Positions 23,004 to 33,371 of a stretch of 64,000 nt of DNA are shown here, piece after piece. Below the pieces are notes generated by a model, which had not been told where the DNA came from, did no database searches, and saw only the letters and a list, made by a program, of their open reading frames with translations. A program made the translations under genes and the position numbers. Location of the stretch: the NCBI GenBank assembly GCA_001662655.1, contig KV460276.1; one strand, 5' to 3'. How positions within the stretch are numbered: the first letter of the stretch is position 1; the number at the start of each line of letters is the position of its first letter. Source of the stretch: Pseudogymnoascus verrucosus (lineage: Eukaryota).

Positions 23004-26000
23004 ATGACTGCTCGCCCACACTCGCCCGAGGCCGCTCCACGAGGAAGCCCGAGGCCAAGTCAACGCTCAAACTCGAATAAGAACGAGGCAGAGCCCGATG
23101 AAGCTGTTGAAAAGAAGCCAACTACATTGGATAAAGTGGAGGAATGGTCCGCGAAACATGCGTCGGTGATATGGGCCAACCTGCAAACGGGCAATCTCTG
23201 GCAAAGAATGCTCAAAAACACCATCGCGTCAACAATTGCGATCATAATAGCACTGATACCGGCCGTTCTTAATGTCTATGGGAAAGCTACATATTTGGCT
23301 GTTGTTACCACCGTCTTTGGCCACCCAGGGAGGCGCTTCGGCATGATGGCTGAAGCATTGATCCTGACAATTCTTGGGACGCTTTTGGGGGCTGCCTGGT
23401 CAGTGTTGGGAGTATACCTATCATCTCTGGTATACCATTACAATGTACCGGCAGCTTTTACTATCAAGGGTGTTTTCCTCACACTAGCTGTCTTGTTTCA
23501 TGGGTATCTGAGGTCTCATACTCCACGGCTGTTTTTGGGGGTACTTCTGATGCTCATCGTCGTTGTCGTCACTTTGACAAACCCTGCTAAGGCCGTTACT
23601 GTTGGATTAGTCACAGCTATCCTCTACCCAATTTTAACGGCAGTAGGGATCTTACTTATTGTCAATGTCGCTATTTTCCCAGAGTTCAGTAGTAGCTTTT
23701 TAGGAATTACGACCATCGAAACTCTGAGCCAGACAGTCAGCACTTTGAGAGACGCCAACAGCTACTTTGTCGCCATTCTCGACCCCAATAATGAGACGAT
23801 TGGAAAACAAAACGAGAACAATTCCGATGGAGAAGCTGACAAGAACGAGCAGGAACAAGAAGAGCCCCCAAAAGAGTCTTTATTCCATAGGCTGGTTAAA
23901 GCAGTCAAGTCTCTACGTTCAAAGCCGTTAACGGAGGAACCATTTGACCCCGCCAAAAGAACTGAAGGGGAGCGTTCTGGAGAAGAACCCTCTACTCCAG
24001 AAGTTCCGAAACCTGTTGTTCCGTCGATTGTGGAGCTGAAATCATTGACTGATCAGAAAGCGAAACTGCGTGCTAAACTTGAGAGCTGCAAATCTGCACA
24101 GCAGGAATGCATGTTCGAATTAGCATTTGCCGTTCTGCCGCCGCGAGACTTGAAACCAATCAGCGATACGTCGATGAAGAAGCTCGTTGCGAACACAATA
24201 TCCTTAATTGGTGCGTGCGAGAGCAAATACGCGTTACTTGGTGACATAGACGACGCTAAAGTTGCCAGTGATGAAGCTAAGGGTGCCAAAACTCCTACTG
24301 GAAGCATAAGTATGAGCAGACGGTCCTCATTTGATCAAGACTCTGAGACGGGCGGCGAATCAAGTCATGAGCAATTCAGTGACAAAGAAGAGTCACATAT
24401 GCCTTGGAAGAAGAAGAAGAAGGAAAAGGCCCGGAGAAGTAAAAGCAAGGCTAGAAGGAGCAAAAGCAGAGCAAGGCTTAGGAGAGAGAAAGAAGACTTG
24501 GAAATGGTGAAGCCGCAGAAAGAGATAGAGTCCGCAGATGAGGAGCTCATGAGACGCCTCCTAAAACGAATTGAAGGCCCTCTCCATTCACTCCAAACAA
24601 ACATCGACAAGAGCGTCGAAGTTATCACGTCTTGCCTAGCCTATTGTTATGATGTCAAAAAGCTCCCATCTGGTGCATTTCCCCCGAAGGGAATCAAATT
24701 GGAGGAATTAGACATCCACATTGACGCTATGAAAGCTTCCATAGTGGATTTCGACAAGAACGCCTCAGCCGCCCTCGAATCTGCTACAGCATATTACGAA
24801 TCTCACAGCACGCATGTTGATGTGACGCCTAGGATGGAGATTTTCTTGATCTCGAGCTTCATACTCAATCTTCGGCAGGCGGCAACCAACATGCGCAAAA
24901 TGTTGAAGCATTCACGGAAGTTGGTAGAGAAGAGGCAGGAGCGCCATGAAAAACGAAGATTGTGGGCTCCAAGGATTCACTGGCGAAAGTGGTTGACCAC
25001 AGGTGGAGAACATGATAAGCTGTCCCTTCCTGAACAGGGCCGGAAAGACAAGCGCCAGGGAAAGGAAGACCAACAAGATGAAGATAAAGGGCCTCATGAG
25101 ACACGAGCAAAGGTTAAGACTGGTGATCTTGAGACACAGGCAAAGGTTAAGACTGGTGATCTTGAGGCTGGTGCCCAAACGGCACCGTCACAGAAACCCC
25201 CCTCGCCGAAGGTGACCAAAAAAGTCAAACCCAAAGAGGAGGAAAAAAGCCGGTTTGCGCGTCTGCGGATCAAGCTCGCTGATTTTGTCGATGCGGTCGC
25301 GGCTTCGGATGATGTCGAATATGCAATAAAGCTCACTATTGCAGTCCTTCTGGTGACATGGCCCGCTTTCGTTGGGAAGTGGAATACGTGGTACTACCTA
25401 AATCGTGGTTTATGGGCAGCTCTTCAGCTAGTCTTGATCACGGAAGTCGTGATTGGTGCCAGTGTTTGGGTCTTTCTACTCAGAGTTGTAGGGACAACTA
25501 TCGGCTGTTGCTGGGGCTTGGCCGCATTTGAAGCCTCCGGAGGAAACCGTGTGATTACTGTTGTTATGTTGGTTATAGGGATTGTTCCATCAACATATGT
25601 CCAGCTAGGAACCACGTACATCAAAGCTGGTATGGTGTGCATCATATCGATGTGCATCGTCGCTCTGGCAACTGTCGACAACACTTTGTCGGGAGGCGCT
25701 GTGGACAACTTTCTGAAGCGGCTTATTGCGTTCCTGATCGGTGGAACCGTTGCTATATTCATCGAATTCGCTGTATTGCCCGTTCGAGCTAGGGATAGAC
25801 TCGTCGAGTCCCTTGCTGCAGCAATTCAGAAGATTTCCGAGATGGAAGCATGCCTGGCGTATGGCGTAGAGAGCGGAAAGAACACGGATGCGCGATCTCC
25901 AGAAGTTATAGAGAGGTTTGAGGTCGCTATGGGTAAAGCCGAGGACGCACTTGGAGCAGCTGCGGCTTTTCTTCCATTCTGCGACCAGGAACCTCGGCTG

Positions 26001-26891
26001 AAGGGTTCTTTTGCTGGGCTTAGCCTAGTTTACCAGGAAGTTCTCTACGTCCTTCATCGCATCATAGAAAGGATGGACAACATACTCCAGCTACGAAATG
26101 AGTATGGCTCCGGCGTTCTTGAAGAGCTTAACGAAGAGGTTTACGCCTATCGAAGGAACCTAGCTGGCAGCATAACTTTGATTCTATTCGCCGTTCATGA
26201 AGCGCTTACAACCAAACTTCCACTTCCTCAGTTTCTGCCTTCTGCACGACTGGCACACCTTCGGGTTGTAAACCGAGTACGAGAGCTTGTATTGGAGAAT
26301 GAACCTGCAATCCTTGGCAAAGACAATATGGAGCGATCGAAGATGGAGAAGCTCATGGTTCGCCGGATGTTGCGCCAGAAGTTTCTGTCTTGGAATGCGG
26401 CATCAGCTGGACAGATCGAGGTTATCGAGTATTTAGAGGAGCTGGTGGATCTTACTAAGCTCTTGGTTGGTGCAAATGAGTTCCGGAGCGGGCTCTTGAC
26501 CAGACCATCGTACAACGACTACATCAAGAAAATCAAAGAAAGGGGAGAAGCCGAAGAGCGTGAAACACTAATTGAGGAAGAAAAACGTGGTCGGCAAGAC
26601 ACCGAACCTAGCCAACCTCTTCAAAGACGCCGAAGCGAGCAATCCCAGGAAGCGGAGATGGCGGATAAAGTGGCTGAGAAATTGGAGCCCGGGGTGAGGA
26701 AGAGAAGGAACACTAGGCTGGGCAGCATCGTCGGTACTGAGGGTGGCGAGCAGATTAGCGCGAAGTTGGCGAATGCAGAGTTGCCGATGTCATTGCGGAG
26801 GGTTCGATCCAAGAGGATTGAGGAGAGGGAGTTAGAGAGGATACGCAGCAAGCAGAGTATTGAGGAGGAAGAGAGTAAGAAGGGGAAGTAA
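23004..26891 (+). CDS. Aromatic acid exporter / FUSC-like (ArAE_2, Bre4-type) multi-pass membrane protein
   Basis: Two hydrophobic blocks (RMLKNTIASTIA...FGHPGRRFG; YAIKLTIA...RGLWAAL...RVVGTTIGC) are separated by a long charged loop. EPRLKGSF and LPQFLPSARLAH motifs are present. First ATG at 23004. Confidence 0.85.
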   Translation: MTARPHSPEAAPRGSPRPSQRSNSNKNEAEPDEAVEKKPTTLDKVEEWSAKHASVIWANLQTGNLWQRMLKNTIASTIAIIIALIPAVLNVYGKATYLAVVTTVFGHPGRRFGMMAEALILTILGTLLGAAWSVLGVYLSSLVYHYNVPAAFTIKGVFLTLAVLFHGYLRSHTPRLFLGVLLMLIVVVVTLTNPAKAVTVGLVTAILYPILTAVGILLIVNVAIFPEFSSSFLGITTIETLSQTVSTLRDANSYFVAILDPNNETIGKQNENNSDGEADKNEQEQEEPPKESLFHRLVKAVKSLRSKPLTEEPFDPAKRTEGERSGEEPSTPEVPKPVVPSIVELKSLTDQKAKLRAKLESCKSAQQECMFELAFAVLPPRDLKPISDTSMKKLVANTISLIGACESKYALLGDIDDAKVASDEAKGAKTPTGSISMSRRSSFDQDSETGGESSHEQFSDKEESHMPWKKKKKEKARRSKSKARRSKSRARLRREKEDLEMVKPQKEIESADEELMRRLLKRIEGPLHSLQTNIDKSVEVITSCLAYCYDVKKLPSGAFPPKGIKLEELDIHIDAMKASIVDFDKNASAALESATAYYESHSTHVDVTPRMEIFLISSFILNLRQAATNMRKMLKHSRKLVEKRQERHEKRRLWAPRIHWRKWLTTGGEHDKLSLPEQGRKDKRQGKEDQQDEDKGPHETRAKVKTGDLETQAKVKTGDLEAGAQTAPSQKPPSPKVTKKVKPKEEEKSRFARLRIKLADFVDAVAASDDVEYAIKLTIAVLLVTWPAFVGKWNTWYYLNRGLWAALQLVLITEVVIGASVWVFLLRVVGTTIGCCWGLAAFEASGGNRVITVVMLVIGIVPSTYVQLGTTYIKAGMVCIISMCIVALATVDNTLSGGAVDNFLKRLIAFLIGGTVAIFIEFAVLPVRARDRLVESLAAAIQKISEMEACLAYGVESGKNTDARSPEVIERFEVAMGKAEDALGAAAAFLPFCDQEPRLKGSFAGLSLVYQEVLYVLHRIIERMDNILQLRNEYGSGVLEELNEEVYAYRRNLAGSITLILFAVHEALTTKLPLPQFLPSARLAHLRVVNRVRELVLENEPAILGKDNMERSKMEKLMVRRMLRQKFLSWNAASAGQIEVIEYLEELVDLTKLLVGANEFRSGLLTRPSYNDYIKKIKERGEAEERETLIEEEKRGRQDTEPSQPLQRRRSEQSQEAEMADKVAEKLEPGVRKRRNTRLGSIVGTEGGEQISAKLANAELPMSLRRVRSKRIEERELERIRSKQSIEEEESKKGK
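25098..25166 (+). repeat. 33-nt in-frame tandem duplication within the FUSC-like gene
   Basis: GAGACAC(GA/AG)GCAAAGGTTAAGACTGGTGATCTT occurs twice, giving ET(R/Q)AKVKTGDL x2. Confidence 0.9.
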
Positions 26892-27660
26892 TTCTAGCGT
26901 ATGTAGTATATATCGATAGCGATTTAGCCCTAAAACCAGCTCATTGTCACAGAATCGTTGAACTAATCGAGTGATCATCTAATTGATCCGTTTGATTTCG
27001 AAGTGAAGTCAATGTGCCTAGGCGCTTTGCATGTTCTGCCGGCCAATTATGATGTGCTTGGGGTTCTAGAAGCACTTGAGGCTATACAGTATTATTTGTA
27101 TTATTTTGAACATTTGTCGCTGATATTTTTTTTGTAGTTTCCTATTAAACTCTTATTTCCGGAGAAAAGGAGGGAGTTGGTTTAATTATGTGTTTTGATT
27201 AGGACATTTGTGTGGTTCTTAAGTGTTGTCTCTGTCTGTTTGTTCTAATGAGCATAAGTGAGACTTGGGTTAGATATCCCCACAACATGGGAGCCCATTT
27301 GACAGAGAATGACAAGCACAACAAATCCTACGACGTCGTCCTTAAACCATGATGTGGTAACTTTCTATTACACTTGTGAACTTTTATTGCAACAGCAGTC
27401 TACCTTTGTGTGTTGGGTGCAGCCGTGGGTTGTAAGTTGGCGACTTCCGTTTCAAGAACTGAGACCAACAATCAGCAGCCTTTGTTCTGGTCCAAATCCA
27501 CCTACCTTCAACAACAAACCCAACCACCTTTTACAATTCACTTTCTACTACTTATTTCTCTTGATCCGTCACCTTATATCTCTCAACTTTATCTAATTGT
27601 TGTTTCTATACTGGACCTCACGCACGCATTTTCGACATCAGTCGGAACAATCGAAGCAAG

Positions 27661-30108
27661 ATGGACGCCGTTACACCAGTCCGGACACGGGCCTCGATAC
27701 CGTCCAGTTCTTTAAGCAAAAGCGAGGAGGAAATAGTAAAGAAGTTGCATTCCAATCCAGAGCGCCTTTCATCTGGTGAGCTGGCAAAGACACTGCTGAG
27801 CACCTTCAACAAGAACTTGGGGAAGTTCTCGTTTGCAAGAACGTTTCAAGCATATTTGAAATGGCTCGAGGCCCAACGCCGTGCACCACAAACGACAATC
27901 AACTATAACTGGAAGAATGTCGTCATGCAATGGGCTCAGAGTTTGAAGGCCAGAGATGTTAGGCTCAAAGATCTGGTTCTCGAGGTTGAGCATTGGAAAA
28001 GGACCCATGGACCGTTTCAAGACTCAAAAACCGAGGTGAATCCAAGATACCCACCAACCATAGAAGAGTTGGAGACTGCATACAATATGGATTTGAGACC
28101 TCATAGCGCCAGAAGCCCTCCATCTGTCCCTCCAATGAGAAAGGGGGATCGCCATCTGCCTGTGGAACCTAGACGTGGCCACAGAGGACCAGAACCCAAC
28201 ACGCACGAGGCCATCAAGTCTCCAGCGAAGCACTATTTGTCCTCGCCTAACAATTCGTCAGTCCTTGCAAGCGCACCGGGTGGCACAATTGGTCTGTTTG
28301 TTATGAATGTTGGGAACTACTCAAACAATGAAGTGGTCGAAATCTTCCATCCTGATACCCGACATACTGTCACACGACTGGAAGCGTGGTTGACAAACAG
28401 AACTGTGCATTTTCGAACAATTGAAGACAGGGACCGGGCTTATGACCTTCTTCCAGATGACTTGAAGGACCGGAAAGAGAAAGACCTTACACGCCCACTT
28501 GTTAAGATATACGCGGGCAGAGGAACCAAGCAATGGTCAGACACCAGCAGCGGACATGCAGCCAGCCCTGAGAAAACATTGAGGCGGCTTGGTGGCAATA
28601 AATATGAACCCGAGGAAGTTGGTCTTTACTTTATAAACACCGGGAGATATTCGAGGAAAGATGTGGAAAGGCTCTTCAGGGAGAGAGATATTTCAAACAT
28701 TGTCGGCGTCGAACGGTTGAGTAAATCCGACGTGGTTGTGTGGTTCCCATCCACCTATCTCCGGGACAAGGCTTTGGAACACCTGCCCTCCTACTTGAAA
28801 GATGACAATGAAACATCACGCAAAACTTCACTCTTCGTGGTGCTTTTCAACCCAAGGGTGCATGGCAAGCATCCAGCAAGTCGCCTTCGGGAGAGGCAAA
28901 TCAACGTGCCTGACAAATTCTACAACAGAGGAGCTGATAAGAACGAAAGCCGAGTTGAAACCTCCGTTGCAACTAAACACGGTCGTATTTCACGTTGGGG
29001 GCATATTCGCGATGAAAACGATGGGTATCGACTCCCAGATAGAACGCTCGGCGATGATGGACGCCTCTCAAGATACGAATCTACCAACAACTCGAGCCCT
29101 GAGTTCAGCCGCCATAAGGAAACATCATTCAATAAGCCAAAAATCCCAGCCTTTTCTCCAATTCGACACAATGAAGAGAGAAAAAACGGATATTTGAATG
29201 ATGAGGAACGTATGACGTGGGAACAGGACCAAGGGGATGTTTTCGCTGGGATGTGGTTGGAAAAGCTCACTGGGGAGATTATGGAGCAAAGAAGCAAACT
29301 AGAGAACCCAACCCACTACAATGCTTACAGCGAAGAAGAGCCAGTCGAAAAAGAGGCGTTACGACATGCAGCTCAACTTGTCAACGAGATTGGCAATGCC
29401 AGGGCTGGATTGAAGCGATCCAGAAGTCCAGACCCCATCGATTATAGAGAGGACATGGTCGTTTATTCTAAACGCACCAAGCTCGAAAATGACTCTTCCG
29501 GCCATATTGACGGTTTTGAGGGAGATCTATCTGATGGCGATGCCCTTGGTTTGAGTACGCTTGGTCTCGGCAGAGTGAAGCGCCTCAATGCACTTCACAT
29601 GTGGGATCTTCTTGACAATTCCAAGCGCCTGGAAGAACATGCCCAAAGTGAGACGAGCAATTCAAATGAAAACAGTGCAATGGTGGAGGAGGCCTCGGAT
29701 GGAGACAGTGATGGCGAGGACGAGGAGGCAGAATTCGACGACGACGAGGCAGAATTCGAGGACAGGAAGGAAGAATCCGATGTCCAACGGCCTAACAATG
29801 AGTTGTACGTTGGCTATATCTCATTTCGAACCTGCATGCTAATTCACTCATTGCAGAGAAACTATCTCAAGCCCAGACGACGGTTGGTGCTCATCCCGAG
29901 ATTACTGGGCTGGATCTTCGGATGGCTCTAATTCTTCCGAGCTTGAGGAAGGTAAGTTACAAAATCCTCGACACTTTTCAATCAGAATCTCATGTCTTTA
30001 GGTGCCAGTGCCCAAGTGGATCTACCAGGCGCTGTGGAAATGAGCGACACCGATGTCAAGTCAGACCCTGAGATGGCATACAGTAGCCCGGAGACACCAT
30101 CAGAGTAA
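27661..30108 (+). CDS. Hypothetical protein with two internal RRM-like repeats and an acidic tail (introns about 29805-29856 and 29952-30001)
   Basis: 756-aa ORF plus two GT-AG introns extending to TAA at 30106-30108. Internal repeat: GLFVMNVGNYSNNEVVEIF...VHF..IEDRDRAYDLLP.DLKD versus GLYFINTGRYSRKDVERLF...VWF...YLRDKALEHLP.YLKD. Confidence 0.7.
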
Positions 30109-30302
30109 GGTGGTGGGATGGATGATAGTTGGTGCTTATCACACTATATTGGCGGTCAATTTTAGGTTGTTCTGGCAGGTGGGTCGCAGTTGCTAGTTAG
30201 TCTCTGAAGACTCCCAGATTGCGGTCAGTTCATGTCCTCTTTATTCTCAGTTTTAGGCAGTCTCGCGGAGTCATGGAATTACATAATTGCTATATCTACA
30301 AT

Positions 30303-30499
30303 CCACACGATTTCGGGGTGTTTGATGCCGTCTNNNNNNNNNNNNNNNNNNNNNNNNNNNNNNNNNNNNNNNNNNNNNNNNNNNNNNNNNNNNNNNNNNN
30401 NNNNNNNNNNNNNNNNNNNNNNNNNNNNNNNNNNNNNNNNNNNNNNNNNNNNNNNNNNNNNNNNNNNNAGACGGCATCAAACACCCCGAAACCGTGTGG
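30303..30499. repeat. 31-bp inverted repeat directly flanking a 135-N assembly gap (30334-30468)
   Basis: Left arm CCACACGATTTCGGGGTGTTTGATGCCGTCT; right arm AGACGGCATCAAACACCCCGAAACCGTGTGG. They are reverse complements with 1 mismatch. Confidence 0.9.
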
Positions 30500-30598
30500 G
30501 TCGTCTCATTTTTGCGCCACGCTTTCTGCTATATCTGCATTCTTTCCTCAAGATTTCAGTATTTTTGCCGCTAGAGGACTTCTCATACGGCTTTTCCG

Positions 30599-31855
30599 AT
30601 GTCTCTGTCAAATGATTGTCCGCCAGAGCTCCCGCAGCAAGCTCAAGAGCCAGTCAGGTTATTTAAGGAGATTGATGAGCCGCTTTTCGATTTAGAGGGG
30701 CCCATTTCTATCTCCTGTCATTGTAACAGGATCAACGGCCTCATTAAAGTTCTTCCTCTTCGTGCATTTGGCAATGGTGCCAGTATTGAGATCGATATAA
30801 ATCACGATTATAAGACAAGAAAATACTCGGGCCAGTTGGCCGTATCATACTTTCCATCGATTCAGCCGGAGCCTTCCATATTAGAAAAGACGGTATGTTT
30901 CCGTCTAGGCGACCTTGACCAACAGAATGCCACTACCATCTACTTTTGCCCCACCTGTGGGTGTCACCTTTTCAAGGAGGAGTGGGAAACGGTAGCTGAA
31001 AAAACCGGACCTACTTGGGCAGTGGCAACTGGAGTTGCGGAGAAGATGCCAGAAAAACTAGCTACTTTCACAATTGGCCGGCATATAAATGTCGACCAGA
31101 CGGGAGATGAAGGGTTATCAGTTTGGATGAAGGCCCGAAATGATGGTAGCATCATCCAGACAGATATTCCACTGCAGGATAAGGAGAGTCTCCTGGCGAA
31201 AGGGCACACTCTGCTGTCGTCTACGCCCATTGCCAATCCTTCAAGTTCTGGGGACACCGATGGCGACACACTGGACGCGTCTTGCTTTTGCGGCACTGTC
31301 AAATTCCATGTCACAAGGCCTAATCATGAAAGCACGCTGCCAAAATCACAATTTCCTGATTTGATGATCCCATATTGCATCAAAGCCGAGGAAACCCCCA
31401 ACCCCGGGGACAAGAAATGGTGGATCCGGGGGGATCGCTATCTTGCAGGGACTTGTACGTGCAATTCCTGCCGTACATGCTCGGGCTTCGATATACAATC
31501 GTGGAGTTTCATCCCCCGTGCCAATATATTCATGCATCACTCCGACAAGGTCGTGGGCCTCGATTTCATGAATCTGCCAGAGGGTATCCTACGCAGCTAC
31601 AACAGCTCGCCTGGTGTTACCCGAGAGTTCTGTCCTGGATGTGGAGCGACTATATTCTGGCACAACACTGACCGGTCGGAGCTGATTGATGTTAGTGTTG
31701 GGCTGTTTAACGCACAGGGGGCAAGAGCAGAAGGTTGGTTGGACTGGTGGAAGGAAAGAGTTAGTTTTGAAGAGGACCGTTTCGATGGATTGATATGGGA
31801 TCCGGTGACGTGCTTGGTGACGGGACTTAAAGGGTCTATTGGAGCGGGTGTGTAG
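30599..31855 (+). CDS. GFA/CENP-V (Mss4-like, DUF636-type) protein with tandem zinc-binding domains
   Basis: N-terminal half SCHC...YFCPTCGCHLF. C-terminal half ASCFCGTVKF...CTCNSCR...YNSSPGVTREFCPGCGATIFW...IDVSVGL. Confidence 0.88.
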   Translation: MSLSNDCPPELPQQAQEPVRLFKEIDEPLFDLEGPISISCHCNRINGLIKVLPLRAFGNGASIEIDINHDYKTRKYSGQLAVSYFPSIQPEPSILEKTVCFRLGDLDQQNATTIYFCPTCGCHLFKEEWETVAEKTGPTWAVATGVAEKMPEKLATFTIGRHINVDQTGDEGLSVWMKARNDGSIIQTDIPLQDKESLLAKGHTLLSSTPIANPSSSGDTDGDTLDASCFCGTVKFHVTRPNHESTLPKSQFPDLMIPYCIKAEETPNPGDKKWWIRGDRYLAGTCTCNSCRTCSGFDIQSWSFIPRANIFMHHSDKVVGLDFMNLPEGILRSYNSSPGVTREFCPGCGATIFWHNTDRSELIDVSVGLFNAQGARAEGWLDWWKERVSFEEDRFDGLIWDPVTCLVTGLKGSIGAGV

Positions 31856-32287
31856 CATGGCGACTATTTAGGAGGTTATGGATAGTGCCATGCTCTGAGA
31901 GACTGTAGATACTGGCAAGCGTCAAAATGCCGTAGACCCCAGCATGCGCTCAAGTGAGTGTGGATACTTGCATGTGTTTTGAATCTGGGGATGCAAGCAT
32001 TTATAGGACCATGAATAGTGGCGCGCGTCGTGCAATGCGTTGGGAGATGGTATGTTCGGCGGCACTGAGCATCATTATCCCACTCCGGACAACAAATGAT
32101 ACATTATCCTCGAATATCAAATTTGTCATTGTAAATTTTGCCATTTCATATCAGCAAGTATATACCCCAGAACGCCTTGCCATGCAATATTGTAATCCGC
32201 CCCGTCCCTGGACATCCCATTCTGTGCCATGCCATACCAGAGGCAATGTGCCAGTGCACTACCACACGTATCGCAACAACCCACTCT

Positions 32288-32862
32288 TTACTCCAATTTG
32301 TCCAGATGCTCCAGCCTCGTCAACACAACCTGTTTGCTCGTCTCCTCAATCTCACCAGCAAGGAACACCTCGTCGAGAATCGCATACACCTATCCCCTCA
32401 AATTAGCCCAATCCCCCTCCCAAAACCCCCTTCCTCCAACACTCATGCGCACTCACCTTATAGAAATTAAACACCAAATCCAGCTCACACACATTCCCAA
32501 AGAAGCTATCCAGCACCTCGACAAAGAAGTGTATAGCCTCCAGATACGCCAGCTCATTATCATTCGCATCCACGCAGACGCAGAAGAACAGCCCCGCATA
32601 CCGCCGATACACCACGCGGTGCTGTCGGAACTCCACGAAATTCGACTGGTGCTTCTGGTCCCGCGGCGCGATGAGGCGGTGCACTTCGCCCTTGAGCTTG
32701 ATCTTGTCGGCGTCGGTGTAGGGAGCGTACCATTTTGCTAGGCGGGTCTTGCCTCTGGAGAGGGGCGGGGGGGTTAGCTAAGTCTGGACTTGGGAGGGGG
32801 GGGAGAAGGGAGGAATGAGGGACGCACTGCCGGTTTTGGATCAGGATGAAGGAGAGCACCAT
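32288..32862 (-). CDS. APS2: AP-2 adaptor complex small (sigma) subunit, 2 introns
   Basis: [21 protein letters not shown]...[33 protein letters not shown]...[49 protein letters not shown]. Confidence 0.95.
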
Positions 32863-33371
32863 TGTGTCTCTTCTGATGCCTTGGCGGCTGTCTGTTGGTT
32901 CTTTCCTCGCTGCGGCGCGCCGGTGTTCGTCGTTGTCGGCGACGGCGGAGGTGCTGGGCGGATAGCTATTAAGACCGACCCTCAGACCGCCCCCCGACGT
33001 CCCCAAATTACGGGTGGCCAAATACGCCAGTTGTGCACTTATGTATATAGGGGTCTTTTGGGACTCCTATATTTAAGTCCGAACCACAGGAGAAATACCG
33101 TATTCAGTCTCAAGCTAATGGGTATATCGCATGTATAATATATACTGTGTTTTTTTGTATTATCAACTCCGTGATCTATCCTTCCTCTAGCTTTTTATCT
33201 TGTAGACTTATACAATACAGCCAGCCGACGGGCAGCCGCTCCTCAAAGAGCAGGCCAGGCGGGTCTATCTATACAATAAATTTACAATCCGACCAAACCC
33301 TCTACCAACCAGCCCACATAGATACCCCCTTCTCGCCCTAGACGCCACTCACTCCTTCGTTACCAAACCAC

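Noticed and set aside
30219..30695. ORFs spanning the N-run
   Set aside because: They are artefacts of translating through the assembly gap.
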